From Octopus vulgaris (lineage: Eukaryota), in contig OX597820.1 in NCBI GenBank assembly GCA_951406725.2, positions 95,046,001 through 95,110,000 on the forward strand: a stretch of DNA of 64,000 nt, read 5' to 3'. Positions 13,319 through 26,549 of the stretch are shown one piece after another. The position numbers and the translations under genes are program-made. The notes beneath the pieces are model-generated. The model saw nothing but the letters and a program-made list of their open reading frames with translations, was not told where the DNA came from and did no database searches. The number at the start of each line of letters is the position of its first letter. The first letter of the stretch is position 1.

Positions 13319-14277
13319 GTATGCATTGGTTTTCTTTTTTTTTTTTTTTTTGTTTAAGATTATCCTGTTCTGATTCTCTGGTGTAGCTATTAGTTTCAAT
13401 TTATTTGAACATCAAAACTCAGTGTTCATTCTCCATTAAAGTTCCTTAAAACTTATTCCTCATTAGCAAACGATGCTGATTACAACTAATCATGCCAAAA
13501 ATATAAGGGAGAATTCTGAAGAATAAAATCACACATGAAGAAAGTAACCAGTAATAGGTTATTTGCAATAAGAAAAATCATCACTTAATACAGGGGATTA
13601 AATAGTTATTACAGACAAAAGTTGTACTCAATATATGTTCTGTATAGGATGCTGATAATTTAGGAATAAAACAGTGTGGAGAAAAGTAGAATACTGGCAA
13701 GGAAAAATAGAAAGAAAAGCAGGGGGGTTGCCATTCTTTTTATGTTTTAGTTTTAAGGAAGTTCAATTGGGATCACAAAGAAATTAGAATAAAGGATTTT
13801 AAATAGGAACCTATATCCCAAAATCCTAAAAGAGTTCTGTGTTTAAGCAGCAAAGACAATGAAACTAATAATTGCAGTTAACAACTACCTAAAAAGCTAA
13901 ATCATACTTCAAAACTGCTTCGTGTCAGATAATATACCATTGTGCAGTACATTGATTTAATTTCTTCTTCCTTACCTTTGGATTGACGAATACCTAGCAA
14001 GTTAAATTTCACATACAAATATAGTCAGTTAATATACATTTTACAGAGCCACCCGTGAATACATAAAAGTCAGGGGGTTTTTACCACAATACAATACCAG
14101 CACTAAATCAACATAACTGGGAATATAGAAACAACCTCCATAATATAAAATTAGAGGCAACACAAATACCTTCCTACTCCTAAAGTAGACAGTAGTGCAA
14201 CTTACTGCATAAACACAAAAGTTCACCTACTTGTAAGGTAAATAACTTGCATGACAGTACAGCAATAAATTAAAATA

Positions 14278-14612
14278 CAGGAGCGGCTGTGTGGTAAATA
14301 GCTTGCTTACCAACCACATGGTTCCGGGTTCAGTCCCACTGCGTGGCACCTTGGGCAAGTGTCTTCTACTATAGCCTCGGGCCAACCAAAGCCTTGTGAG
14401 TGGATTTGGTAGACGGAAACTGAAAGAAGCCCGTCGTATATATGTATATATATGTATGTGTGTCTATATGTTTGTGTGTCTGTGTTTGTCCCCCCAACGT
14501 CGCTTGACAACCGATGCTGGTGTGTTTACGTCCCCGTAACTTAGCAGTTCGGCAAAAGAGACTGATAGAATAAGTACTAGGCTTACAAAGAATAAGTCCT
14601 GGGGTCGATTTG
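14278..14612 (+). mobile_element. tRNA-derived SINE family A, 3'-truncated against an inverted RTE fragment
   Basis: ggctgtgtggtaa...ggttccgggttcagtcccactgcgtggcacc head. Confidence 0.85.
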
Positions 14613-14616
14613 TGGT

Positions 14617-14838
14617 AGATGGAACTTCTAGTTTTTCCCCCTGGCATACGAGGGAATCTGTTTTCTGTATATCTTCAGTCTTTATTGCCCCTATGCACCT
14701 GCCACACACAAAAACTATCTTTCCGATTAACCTTCCTTTGATATTGCTGTACCTTTTATGTGTCCATAGCTTACACCAGGTACATCTTATGGAGTTTCTA
14801 CCCACGCCTTTTCTACAGATCGAGCAGGGCCATCTATC
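14617..14838 (-). mobile_element. RTE LINE fragment (zinc-finger region)
   Basis: GRNSIRCTWCKLWTHKRYSNIKGRL...CQGEKLEV, homologous to 33040-33245. Confidence 0.8.
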
Positions 14839-15354
14839 CTTGTTGTCTTTTCATTAATACAGGAGTGGAGAGTAAAAACTTACACTAATATCATTGTGTC
14901 AGGTGGCCTGGTATTTGTTTGAGAACTACAGAGTGAAGATACTCATGGGTCAGGTGATCATTTCTGAACTGAGCCACAGATTATGCCTACCACCTACCAA
15001 CTTTTGAACTAACTGACCCTGGTAATTTAGCTTAATACATATTACAAGTTTCACATTGGTTGCTCAACTTGCTAGAAATAGCAGCTAAAATCTCCCTCAA
15101 CAACAACTTACTATCTCAGATAAAGAAGGATACATTGAATAATGTAATCCTTGATATTTCCCTCCGTTTTTCTTGGTCATGATTGACCTAGAGCTACACA
15201 ACTAGTAATATTTGCTATTAGATCAAACCCAAACGGATGAATGGCAAAACTGAACTTTGTGGGATTTGAACTCAGAACATGAAGAAATGAAACCAAATAC
15301 TGTTAAACAGCTTGCTTACTACTTTACTGATTCACCCACTCTATCACCCAAATA

Positions 15355-15485
15355 ACAGCAATAGCAGCAGCAGCAGTAGCAGTAGCAGTAGAAGTAGTAG
15401 TAGTAGTAGAAACAGCTGCAGTAGCAAGCAGAGCAGTAGTGGTGGTGCTAGTAGCAGCAACAGAAGCAACAGCAGCAGTGGGGGT

Positions 15486-15533
<48 letters not shown>

Positions 15534-15546
15534 CAGCAACAGCAGC

Positions 15547-15614
<68 letters not shown>

Positions 15615-15651
15615 CAGCAGCAGCAGTGGGGGTAGTAGTAGTAGTAGTAGT

Positions 15652-15727
<76 letters not shown>

Positions 15728-15730
15728 ACA
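15355..15730. repeat. Compound (AGT)n/(AGC)n microsatellite
   Basis: Read directly. Confidence 0.95.
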
Positions 15731-16105
15731 ATAGCAATTGTTTATAAAGTCATAAGACAAGGAATCTGAGGGAAGGAACAGTAAATTATATCAACCTCAG
15801 TACTTGACAGGTGTGCTGTTTAATAACATCAAGAAAAATAGATTTCCAACACAGGCCAAAGGACAGAGATTTCTGTTAGAGTGAGTGCAGGCAAGTACAT
15901 CATTGCACATATATGACTGATATATGTAGGTGTAGACATGGTTAAGTGATGAGAAGTTTACTTCCCAACCATATGCCTCTAGGTTCAGTCCCATTGTGTG
16001 GCACCTTGGGCAGTTGTCTTCTACTAAAGCCTTGAGCTGAAAAGGCCTGGGATAGATTTGGCAGACAGAAACTGAAAGAAGCCCTTCATATACTTTTAGC
16101 TTCTG

Positions 16106-16870
16106 TTACCTAGGTGACCAAGTCAGTAGTAGGAGTGGACGCTCTGAGAGTGTAGCTGCTAGAATAGGAATAGCCTGGGCAAAGTTCAGAGAGCTCCTAC
16201 CTCTGATGGTGACAAAGAGCCTCTCGCTCAGAGTAAAAGGTAGACTGTATGATGCATGTGTACGAGCAGCCATGCTACATGGCAGTGAAACATGGGCCAT
16301 GACTGCTGAGGATATGCATAAGCTTGCAAGGAATGAAGCTAGTATGCTCTGCTGGGTGTGTAATGTCAGTGTGCATACACAACAGAGTGTAAGCACTCTG
16401 AGAGAAAAGTTGAACTTAACCAGCCCATTTAAGAGTTCTCTTCAATCATTGGGCAATAAACTGCACTTGTAAAGACTAGTTCAGGCAAGTGAAGTTGTTG
16501 TTGTGGCCGATGACAGTACCGCCTGATTGGCACCCATGCCAGTGGCATGTAAAAAGCACCATTCAAGCGTGGTTGATGCCAGCACTGGCTGACTGGTCCC
16601 ATGCCTGTGACACATAAAAATCACCATTCAAGTGTGGTTGATGCCAGTACCGCCTGACTGGCCCTTGTGCCAGTGGCATGTAAAAAACACCCACTACACT
16701 CTAGGAGCTGTTGGCATTAGGAAGGGCATCTATCTGTAGAAACTTTGCCACATCAGCTTGGAGCTTTGTGCAGCCTTCTGGCTTGCCAGCCTTCAGTCAA
16801 ACTGTCCAACCCATCCCAGCATGGAAAGCGGACGTTAAACGACGACGATGGTGATGATTATGATGATAAT
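16106..16870 (+). mobile_element. RTE LINE 3' fragment with an internal deletion
   Basis: AWAKFRELLPL...AMLHGSETW followed by the family 3' UTR and (GAT)n tail. Confidence 0.85.
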
Positions 16871-17023
16871 GTATATATAAATATATATATATATGTATAT
16901 TGTATAGAGGGCATTATTACACATAAATGCCTCACACTAAGAGGGACAAAGTCATTACTACCAAAATTACACTAATCATACCCAATGCAGTTCTTCAAAG
17001 CAAGACATTTAAAAAATGAATTT

Positions 17024-17080
17024 AGTTCTGTATCACCGTGATTTCACATTTAACTTACGTCTATGATCATCAGCAGAACT
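17024..17080 (-). ncRNA. Minimal type I hammerhead ribozyme motif, copy 1
   Basis: AGUUCUG-CUGAUGA-ucauagacguaaguuaaaugu-GAAA-UCACGGUGA-UA/CAGAACU. 7-bp helix I, intact core, near-palindromic helix III. Confidence 0.75.
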
Positions 17081-17499
17081 GATTCTGAACACATCATAAA
17101 TAAACCACCAACCTTACCTAGCGAAGACGAACAGACATCTATTCACTCCGGCCAAGCACATGGAATGTTTATAAATCATATATCCGGTAAATGGCGGGCT
17201 TTTTCGAACTGCAATTCGGGTAAAAAAAGTATTTCGGAATAAATTTAACAATTAAGGATAACTTCTTAATAAGGAATCTTAACAAGAAATTATCAGGTAG
17301 TTAGAGTGAAAAACCTCATAAAAGAAAAGAATTCGAAAATAATTTTTTTCTTTTGAACAAATTAATTATATTTATATTGTATAGAGGGCATTATTACACA
17401 TAAATGCCTCACACTAAGAGGGACAAAGTCATTACTACCAAAATTACACTAATCATACCCAATGCATTTCTTCAAAGCAAGACATTTAAAAATGAATTT

Positions 17500-17556
17500 A
17501 GTTCTGTATCACCGTGATTTCACATTTAACTTACGTTTATGATCATCAGCAGAACT
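17500..17556 (-). ncRNA. Minimal type I hammerhead ribozyme motif, copy 2
   Basis: Same motif as copy 1. Predicted cleavage sites are 476 nt apart. Confidence 0.75.
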
Positions 17557-17674
17557 GATTCTGAACACATCATAAATAAACCACCAACCTTACCTGTGCT
17601 TGGCCGGAGTGAATAGATGTCTGTTCGTCTTCGCTAGGTAAGGTTGGTGGTTTATTTATGATGTGTTCAGAATC

Positions 17675-17731
17675 AGTTCTGCTGATGATCATAAACGTAA
17701 GTTAAATGTGAAATCACGGTGATACAGAACT
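17675..17731 (+). ncRNA. Minimal type I hammerhead ribozyme motif, copy 3 (sense to the ABCC pre-mRNA)
   Basis: agttctg CTGATGA tcataaacgtaagttaaatgt GAAA tcacggtga TA cagaact. Confidence 0.75.
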
Positions 17732-18230
17732 AAATTCATTTTTTTAAATGTCTTGCTTTGAAGAAATGCATTGGGTATGATTAGTGTAATTTTGGTAGTA
17801 ATGACTTTGTCCTCTTAGTGTGAGGCATTTATGTGTAATAATGCCCTCTATACAATATAAATATAATTAATTTGTTCAAAAGAAAAAAATTATTTTCGAA
17901 TTCTTTTCTTTTATGAGGTTTTTCACGCTAACTACCTGATAATTTCTTGTTATGATTCCTTATTAAGAAGTTATCCTTAATTGTTAAATATATATATGTA
18001 TATATATAAACTGTTGACATCATAAGAATTTTATAAACTTTTGGGAAATCATGAAATAATTTTTTTGGTGGTGAACATTAACTTTCAAGACACATCACAT
18101 AAAGTTATAAATAATAGCATGTAAATATTGGGTTGAATAGATGCCTATGGGACAGCTGTTGGCTTTTCTATCCAAAAGAGTTTTTTAACACAATACTTAC
18201 ACTGCGCCTAAATAATATTATTATTATTTA

Positions 18231-18615
18231 GGCACAGGAGTGGCTGATTGATAAGTAGCTTGCTTACGAACCACATGGTTCCGGGTTCAGTCCCACTGCC
18301 TGGCACCTTGGGCAAGTGTCTTCTACTATAGCCTCGGGCCAACCAAAGCCTTGTGAGTAGATTTGGTAGACGGAACCTGAAAAGAAGCCCATCGTATATA
18401 TGTGTATGTGTTTGTGTGTCTGTGTTTGTCCCCCCAACAGCGCTTGACAACCAATGGTGGTGTGTTTTATGTCCCTGTAACTTAGCAGTTCGGCAAAAGA
18501 GACCAATAAAATAAGTACTAGGCTTACAAAGAATAAGTCCTAGGGTCGATTTGCTTGACTAAAGGTGGTGCTCCAGCATGGCCACAGTCAAATGACTGAA
18601 ACACGTAAAAGAGTA
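18231..18615 (+). mobile_element. tRNA-derived SINE family A, near full length
   Basis: Runs from the head to the tail gactgaaacacgtaaaagagta. Confidence 0.85.
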
Positions 18616-19278
18616 AAGCTTTATGTAACATGCCTTCAAGAGCCAATGTTCCAAATAAGTTATGTTTCTATGTATGTATGCATGTGTGTGTGTGTGTCTG
18701 TGTGTCTTGACACTGCATAATGGTTGTAAATAAGTGTCACAGTGACACAAACCATGTCATTCATCATCATCATCATCATCAACGTCTGTTTTCCATGTGG
18801 GCATGGGTTGGATGGTTTGACAGAAGCTGACCAGCTGAAAGACTGTTTAGGTTCCATGTCTGTTTTGGCATGGTTTCTACAGCTGGATGCTCTTCCTAAC
18901 ACCAACCACTTTATAGAGTGTGCTAGGTGCTTTTACACAGCACCAACACAGGCACTTTTTACATGGTACCAGCACTTGTATTTTGTGAGAACATATCTAA
19001 CCATGGAGAAATATTATCATACTTGGAAAATAGTGCAGTTTGACAACAGGAAGAGCATCAAGCCACAGAAAAATCTGCCTTGTGCTTCATCCAACTCATG
19101 CCAGCATGGAAATGTGGACAGACAATGATGGCAATATTGATGCGAGAGACAAGAACCACAAAGTTGATACCATGCACTTATAATAATGAAAATTTTAACC
19201 AGTTTATGATAATGATTTTGTGTGGATTGGAAACTGGTTTCTTATCTTAATCATGTTACTTTTTCTTCTCTTCTGTAG

Positions 19279-19371
19279 ATCATTGAATTTGATTCACCAG
19301 AGGTCCTCCTTAGTAAGCCGTCATCAATGTTTAGTCAAATGATGTCAACAAGTGGTGGGGGAGCACTGTAA
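19279..19371 (+). CDS. ABCC5: ABCC5-like last coding exon (not in the ORF track)
   Basis: Pyrimidine tract ttttcttctcttctgtag|ATC ATT GAA TTT GAT TCA CCA. IIEFDSPEVLLSKPSSMFSQMMSTSGGGAL*, with the typical ABCC C-terminal EFDxP motif. Confidence 0.88.
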   Translation: MIEFDSPEVLLSKPSSMFSQMMSTSGGGAL

Positions 19372-19459
19372 TTATCACAGAAAACAAACTAATACATAGG
19401 TGAGTCAGTGGCAAGTTGACATATGAATGTGTGTGTGTATGTAGATACAAACCTATTTA

Positions 19460-20329
19460 CAGGGTGCTTGGGCTAAATTTGACAGTTTACATAAGAGAAA
19501 AAGAAAATACAATATCCCATCCAAAAATAAAATAAATTTAAAAAATCAAAAAATATCAACTAGATTATGGCTAGGTGATAACAATTTAAAGTAACCTCCC
19601 TCAGCTTCCACCAGAGCCTCAAGACAACTCCAGAACCTGATGCATGCATTCTTAACAGTGTTCCAAGTAAGATCTCTGAACACATCCTTGATCTTGGCCA
19701 TCAGCTCAGCCTCGGTGTTGTAGGCAGAGCAGTTGGTGTCTTTCTGAACCATGCCCCACATATAAGTAATCCATGGGATTAGAACAGGAGGAATTAGGAG
19801 GCCAGAAATTGGGACTGGTAAGACCATAGAAATTTTCAGACAATCACTTATGAAACTTCCCAGAGGTATGGCAAGAAGCTGAATCCTGCTGCTATACATA
19901 TGGCCTCCTGGCAGCAACCCTCTCCAGGTAGAGTTTGACCACAGTTTCCAGCAGCTTCACAAAGCCATCTGAATTGAGCCGAAGGCACTGTTCAAAGATG
20001 TGGGGCAACATAACATCACACTCATTGAAGATATATACTCAACGACCATCACAGATTGTGAGAACTTGGTTTTCATGATTTTCATGTCATGTTTCACAGC
20101 TTTCACTGTGCTCACAGAGCATGCACAGCAGTCATGTCAGCATTTTGATACACAGCACAAATCATCATGATACAATATTCAAATGGCTTCCAGTGCTCCA
20201 TGTCAGCTAACATTTTCTCAACTACAACTTTCATCTTTATGCTCTCCAACACAGTTGACTATTCACCAATATAGGAGGCTGTTCTTGAAAGAAGGCATGA
20301 AAGTCATCAAACCTAGCTTGAACACGTTA
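19460..20329 (-). mobile_element. Degenerate Tc1/mariner-superfamily element (maT/DD37D-like)
   Basis: TA-cagggtgcttgggctaaatttgac end with a degenerate partner. Minus-strand YV*QQDSASCHT and FWPPNSSCSNPMDY..WGMV. Confidence 0.7.
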
Positions 20330-20535
20330 TACGCATGCACACTATATATATGTGTGTGTGGGGGTATATGTATGTGTGTATATATGTATATATACACACA
20401 CAATATATATATATATATACACTTGGAAATGGATGTGCAGCATTCAATCATATAACAATACAAATAATATATAAATAAATGCATATATACATACATATAT
20501 GTACATACCTACATATATATGTATATATACATGCA

Positions 20536-20964
20536 TATAAGGGTACAGGACATCAAAAAAACATGAACAAAATGAGAAACGAGAACACAAAAAACAAAAA
20601 CATAGAAAACGAACATTTTTCGAACAACAAAAGAAATAAATAGAGAAACGAGACAGGCAACATAAAGAACATTCCCTTCATCAGTTGTCCTGTTTTTTAT
20701 CTACTCCGTGTTTTGAAGATAGGGACAAGACGCGACTTCGTTAAAGCAATCCTGTTTTAACAAAGTTGCATCTTGTCCCTACCTTCGAAACACAGAGTAG
20801 ATAAAACAGCAGACAACTGATGAAGGAAATGTTCTTTATGTTACCTGTCTTGTTTCACTATTTATTTCTTTTGTTGTTCGAAAAATGTTCGTTTTCTATG
20901 TTTTTGTTTTTTACGTTCACGTTTCTCATTTTGTTCACGTTTTTTTATGTCCTGTACCCGTATA
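20536..20964. mobile_element. Foldback element in (TA)n with CTGATGA and GAAAC words (Penelope pLTR-like)
   Basis: Arms 20536-20745 and 20756-20964 are imperfect reverse complements. Confidence 0.65.
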
Positions 20965-21020
20965 TGTATGTATATATACATATATACATATATATGCATG
21001 TATATATACATATATATGCA

Positions 21021-21059
<39 letters not shown>

Positions 21060-21085
21060 ATAAAAATGGTAAGACAACACACACA

Positions 21086-21978
21086 CAGGGTGGCCCAGAA
21101 GTCACAAAGGTGTTTCAATATTTACTATCTCATTTATTTTGTTTAAAAAATTGTGATCTTGTAGTAAGTAATAGAAAAAGGATATGAGATTTATTTTCCC
21201 TAGATGTGAAAGATGGCATCTTTTAAATGGCATCCAATTTCCAATTCACATAAACCTGCTCTTCCTAAGGTGTTTTCCATAACAAACCTTAATAACCTCT
21301 AGCTCCAGTGATCTAATAATGTTATTTTTCAGATCTGAAATTGTTTGAGGCTTCTTGACAAACTTTTTCGTTAAGATATCCCATAGAAAAATGTCTGGAG
21401 TAGTCAGATCGGGAGAACAAGACGGCCAATTTATTTCTGAAAATCAAGAAATTAATTTTCTATCAGAAATTTGCCTGAGCATTTCCATTGTGTTCCTTGC
21501 TGTGTGAGCTGAGGCTCCATCTTGTTAAAACCACACACCAGGCATATCTTGAACCTCTGGACGTAAGAAATTCTGGATCATGGAGCAGTATTCATCTCCA
21601 GTGACAGTAACAATGTCTCCAAACTTCATTTTCGAAGAAATAATGTCCTATCACTTTTTCTAAAGTCATCCCACACCTATTCTTGGAAGGTCACTTACTG
21701 AACCTTGATCCTCAAAAATGACCAATTAATCACCTAACTATTGATTCACTTGGACAATTCATTACTCCATAATGACGACAGCATGCTCACTGAGTCTGAG
21801 TTATTGATCCTTGGTTTTGGTAATAAAATTGCACAATATGTGTTTGCTGTTCAGTAGTGTACTTTTCCATGCTTAAATTTTAAGCCCCTCTTTATATAAA
21901 TCTGAAATAAAATAAAAATTAAATAATTATTTAAAAAGTTATTAAATATTGAAACCCCTTTGTGACTTCTGAGCCACC

Positions 21979-21981
<3 letters not shown>
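21086..21981 (-). mobile_element. Deleted Tc1/mariner-superfamily element (maT/rosa-like)
   Basis: TIRs cagggtggcccagaagtcacaaagg / cctttgtgacttctgagccaccctg. Minus-strand QDGASAHTAR and INWPSCSPDLTTPDIFLW. Confidence 0.82.
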
Positions 21982-22011
<30 letters not shown>

Positions 22012-22014
<3 letters not shown>

Positions 22015-22269
22015 TTTATTTAAAGCAGCAGAAAATTCAACAAAACCTGTTACTCTGAGTTTCCCATTTCCGTTCGTTGGACAGTTTTTGCTATGACAGT
22101 TTTTCCGACAAACGGAAACGGGAAACTCAGAGTAACAGGTTTTGTTGAATTTTCTGCTGCTTTAAATAAAGCATATTACTCTACCACTGGTATTTGAGTA
22201 CTCTTTTTTTCACCTTGTTTCACATATATATATATATTTTCTTCTTTCACCTCAGAGCTGCGGCCATAT

Positions 22270-22270
<1 letters not shown>
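22012..22270. mobile_element. Foldback element in (TA)n with hammerhead-like motifs in both arms
   Basis: Arms 22012-22080 and 22105-22173. Minus-arm reading: ctgt CCAACGA acggaaatgg GAAA ctcagag TA acag. Confidence 0.65.
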
Positions 22271-23420
<1,150 letters not shown>

Positions 23421-26400
23421 ACACACACATTCAGATCTCAAGCTTTTGCTGCCAATAATGTGATCCCATTGCCACTCTAAAGAATTATCAGTTTAATAAA
23501 TTAATGAAAATTTCATTCTTATTTTGCCATTTTTTATTTTTTGTTCTTTTTATTATTGTTGTTGTTGTTATCATTTTGCCCCATACCAGCCTAGGCCTGC
23601 AGACCATTAAGCCTCTATAATTTTCCTTTCACAGACATCTGTTTGTTTATCAAAGACACTTAATGTGTTCTTCCTGAACTGGTTTTTGATGGAGATTTTG
23701 GCTGCTAATTTTTATTTGGTTCATCTGGGATTGTTTAAATCAACAAAGTGACAAAACAATAAATGCAGTATTCATCATTCATATCTCACTCTCGTCTTAA
23801 GTCACATTTGTACCGTGAATAAAATAGTTGTAATCAATTTTACTGTTGTTTAGTAACATAGTTCACATGCAGGATATTATTATAATTATTATATAAGTAA
23901 TTGTATATAATGTGTACCACCAATTGTGGATAATGAAATCTCAGAAAAAAATAAAGCTTATGTATAGTATGTAATATCAAATGACTTCCATTGGCAGGTG
24001 AAGGTTTTACCCATGCACTTGATATTCAGTCAGGTAGTTCTATATCATGGCCTTTCTAAGCAGGGCCAACCAGAGTTACATATCATATTTGAAATATTAA
24101 CTGTAACATGAAAATTAATTTTGGAAACGTTAACTAGATGTGTCATTGGTTCCTAAATTTGTTTTACTTGCACCACAGTTTACTTTGGAGCAAATAAAAA
24201 TGTTCTGTGGCATTTTCTGCAAAAAGTCAAACAAACCATAAGAAGAAGAAGGGGTATTTATATATTTTAGCCTATAAATATAATTTAAATTACAAAGAAT
24301 GATTACTTACTTTCAAATAAAGGAAACAAATCATTGTCATTTTGATGCCCACTTTTCCATGTAGCGTGAGTCAAAACAAAATTCGTCAAAGATTTTCTAT
24401 AACTAGATGCTTTCCCTATCACTAACCCTCACCTGTTTCCAAGTAGAGTAATATTTCCCCTATTCTTTCCCACACAAATAACACAATGATAATACATGGT
24501 TTCAAGGAAGATTGCAAAAAGAAACCACTTGTATGATGCTGATATTTGTTTTCAATTAGTACTTGATATCAAGATAGTTGACATCAAGTTGTCTGAGAAT
24601 CCACGAGTCAGAAAAATAACAGGTACTTGCGAATTTGTCGCTAGAGTGGGTATATTAATTGTTTATAAAACATGGTAATCCTACTTCAAACGATTTTACC
24701 AATGGGTTCCGTACTCGATAGTTTAAGACAACAAGTTATGGCATTCATCAGAAGGGCTGGCAGAAAAGGTATGGTGTGGGACCTTTGCAACTGAAGTTTA
24801 GTAAGGGCCACATTCGGTTTGCGGATGGCATAAAAAATAAGCGAAAGTAAAAAAAAAAAAGAGAGAACGGGTATTTGCTAGAGTTATGTCCCTTGGATTG
24901 GAATTAATCTAAAATGTCAGCATGGTGCATGAAGTAATTCCTGCAGAAGTAGAAACAGAACAAAATGCAGGTTGATGTGTAGGGTAGGGGGAAAGAAGCT
25001 GGAAGGTAGGAAGGAGAGTTAGTTTTAAAATCACAGGTAAGCATTTACATATAAGTGTGTGTATTTGTATGTAATAAAGTTGGGTGTGGCTAACTTTGTC
25101 AAACTTTCAGTTGTGGTGAAGAGGAAAAACAAATGGTAAAAGCTCCAACACATTCATGGTGCAGTCCACTAGTGAAGACTAAAAACTTACATAGAGTAGA
25201 TAATGATTCGTACATGCAACTATTAATCGACACAAATATACAGGAAGGCAGCCCCTCAACCTTATAATAACTTTAACCATGAGGTCAAAGAGATGGCTTT
25301 TAGACTAAGCACTGAGGATGGGGTGAAGACTTGGCACAAAAAAAGTTCCACAAAATTAGAGATCTACTTGGTAAGTAAGTACCTACTTAGGAAGATCAAT
25401 AATGGACTTCTTTCAATTCCTGAATAGTAAATTTACTCAGAAAGCTTTGGTCAACCAGCCTGCAATCTTCCATGAAACCATGTCTGTGGCTGTATTAGAA
25501 GACATGGTTGCAAAGCAAACTTCTTTATCATAGTCATATCTGGACATGAGAAAAGTGAACGTATTTTTTTATGATTCATTTGTAAGAAATAAGCATCTTC
25601 GTTTATGGTTAGTTGTATAAGAGATAAACATCATTTTTGATGTATAAATTCATTTTCATAGTGCACCTAGCCACATTGCGTAGCATACAAATATACTGTG
25701 ATGCAGAGTCTGGGTGTCATTGAATTAAGTTGCTGAATTTAGATAGAGCAATTGCAGCAAATATGATGAAAACTTGGTCTTTCAAATATACAAACACAGA
25801 CTAAACAGTAAGGCAAGATGTAACGTACTCTGGATGACTCTTATGTTACACACTATGCAGAGAACCATGCTGGAAGGAAATGTAATATCATCCCAGATCA
25901 AGCTGAGGTATGCCAGTCAGAATATGTAGACTTATAATACTAAATTACATAACCACACATTTGCTCGGTTACTTCAAAACTACAAGTCTCTCTCCACAGT
26001 CAATAAGGGAATCCCTATATAACCATTCAGCCTTTTAGAAGAAGCAGCAAAATCACCCTTAAATCATAAGTGAACTATTAGAAAGAGGAAGATACAACAA
26101 ACAGTGCTAAAGACACAGTCACCACACATATGCAGTATGCAATCACTGTATCATCATCATCGTCATTATTTAATGTCTACTCTCCATGCTGGCATAGGTT
26201 AAGTGATTGATTGGAGCTGATGAGCCAGAGAGTTACACCAGGTTCCAGTCCGATTTGGCTAGGCTTCTATGATTGGATGCCCTTCCTCACACTAACCACT
26301 ACTCCAGGAGTGTAATGGGTGCTTTTATGTGCCACTCACATGGGTGCCATTTACATAACAACAATGCCCATGACTATAATTCATGGGTGTCATTTACATG

Positions 26401-26549
26401 ACCTCAGCAACAACCAAGAAAATGATTAACAGGTGCCATTCACATGGCACCATCAACGACCATGACTACAGTTCACGAGTGCCATTTAAATGGCACAATT
26501 AACGACCATGACTACAAATCATGGGTGCCGTTTACATAGCACCATTATA

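Larger units (their letters stand above)
16897..17988. mobile_element. Hammerhead-bearing ~476-bp unit in tandem plus inverted arrangement (Penelope pLTR / retrozyme-like)
   Basis: 16897-17373 is repeated directly at 17374-17596, then an inverted copy runs 17596-17988. Both ends lie in (TA)n. Confidence 0.8.

Noticed and set aside
15324-15760. Poly-Leu/Ser/Tyr ORFs
   Set aside because: Trinucleotide microsatellite in an intron.
26330-26545. Regularly spaced ~44-bp repeats resembling a CRISPR array (also 57630-58039 and 48935-49330)
   Set aside because: Degenerate tandem units without unique spacers, no cas genes, eukaryotic context.
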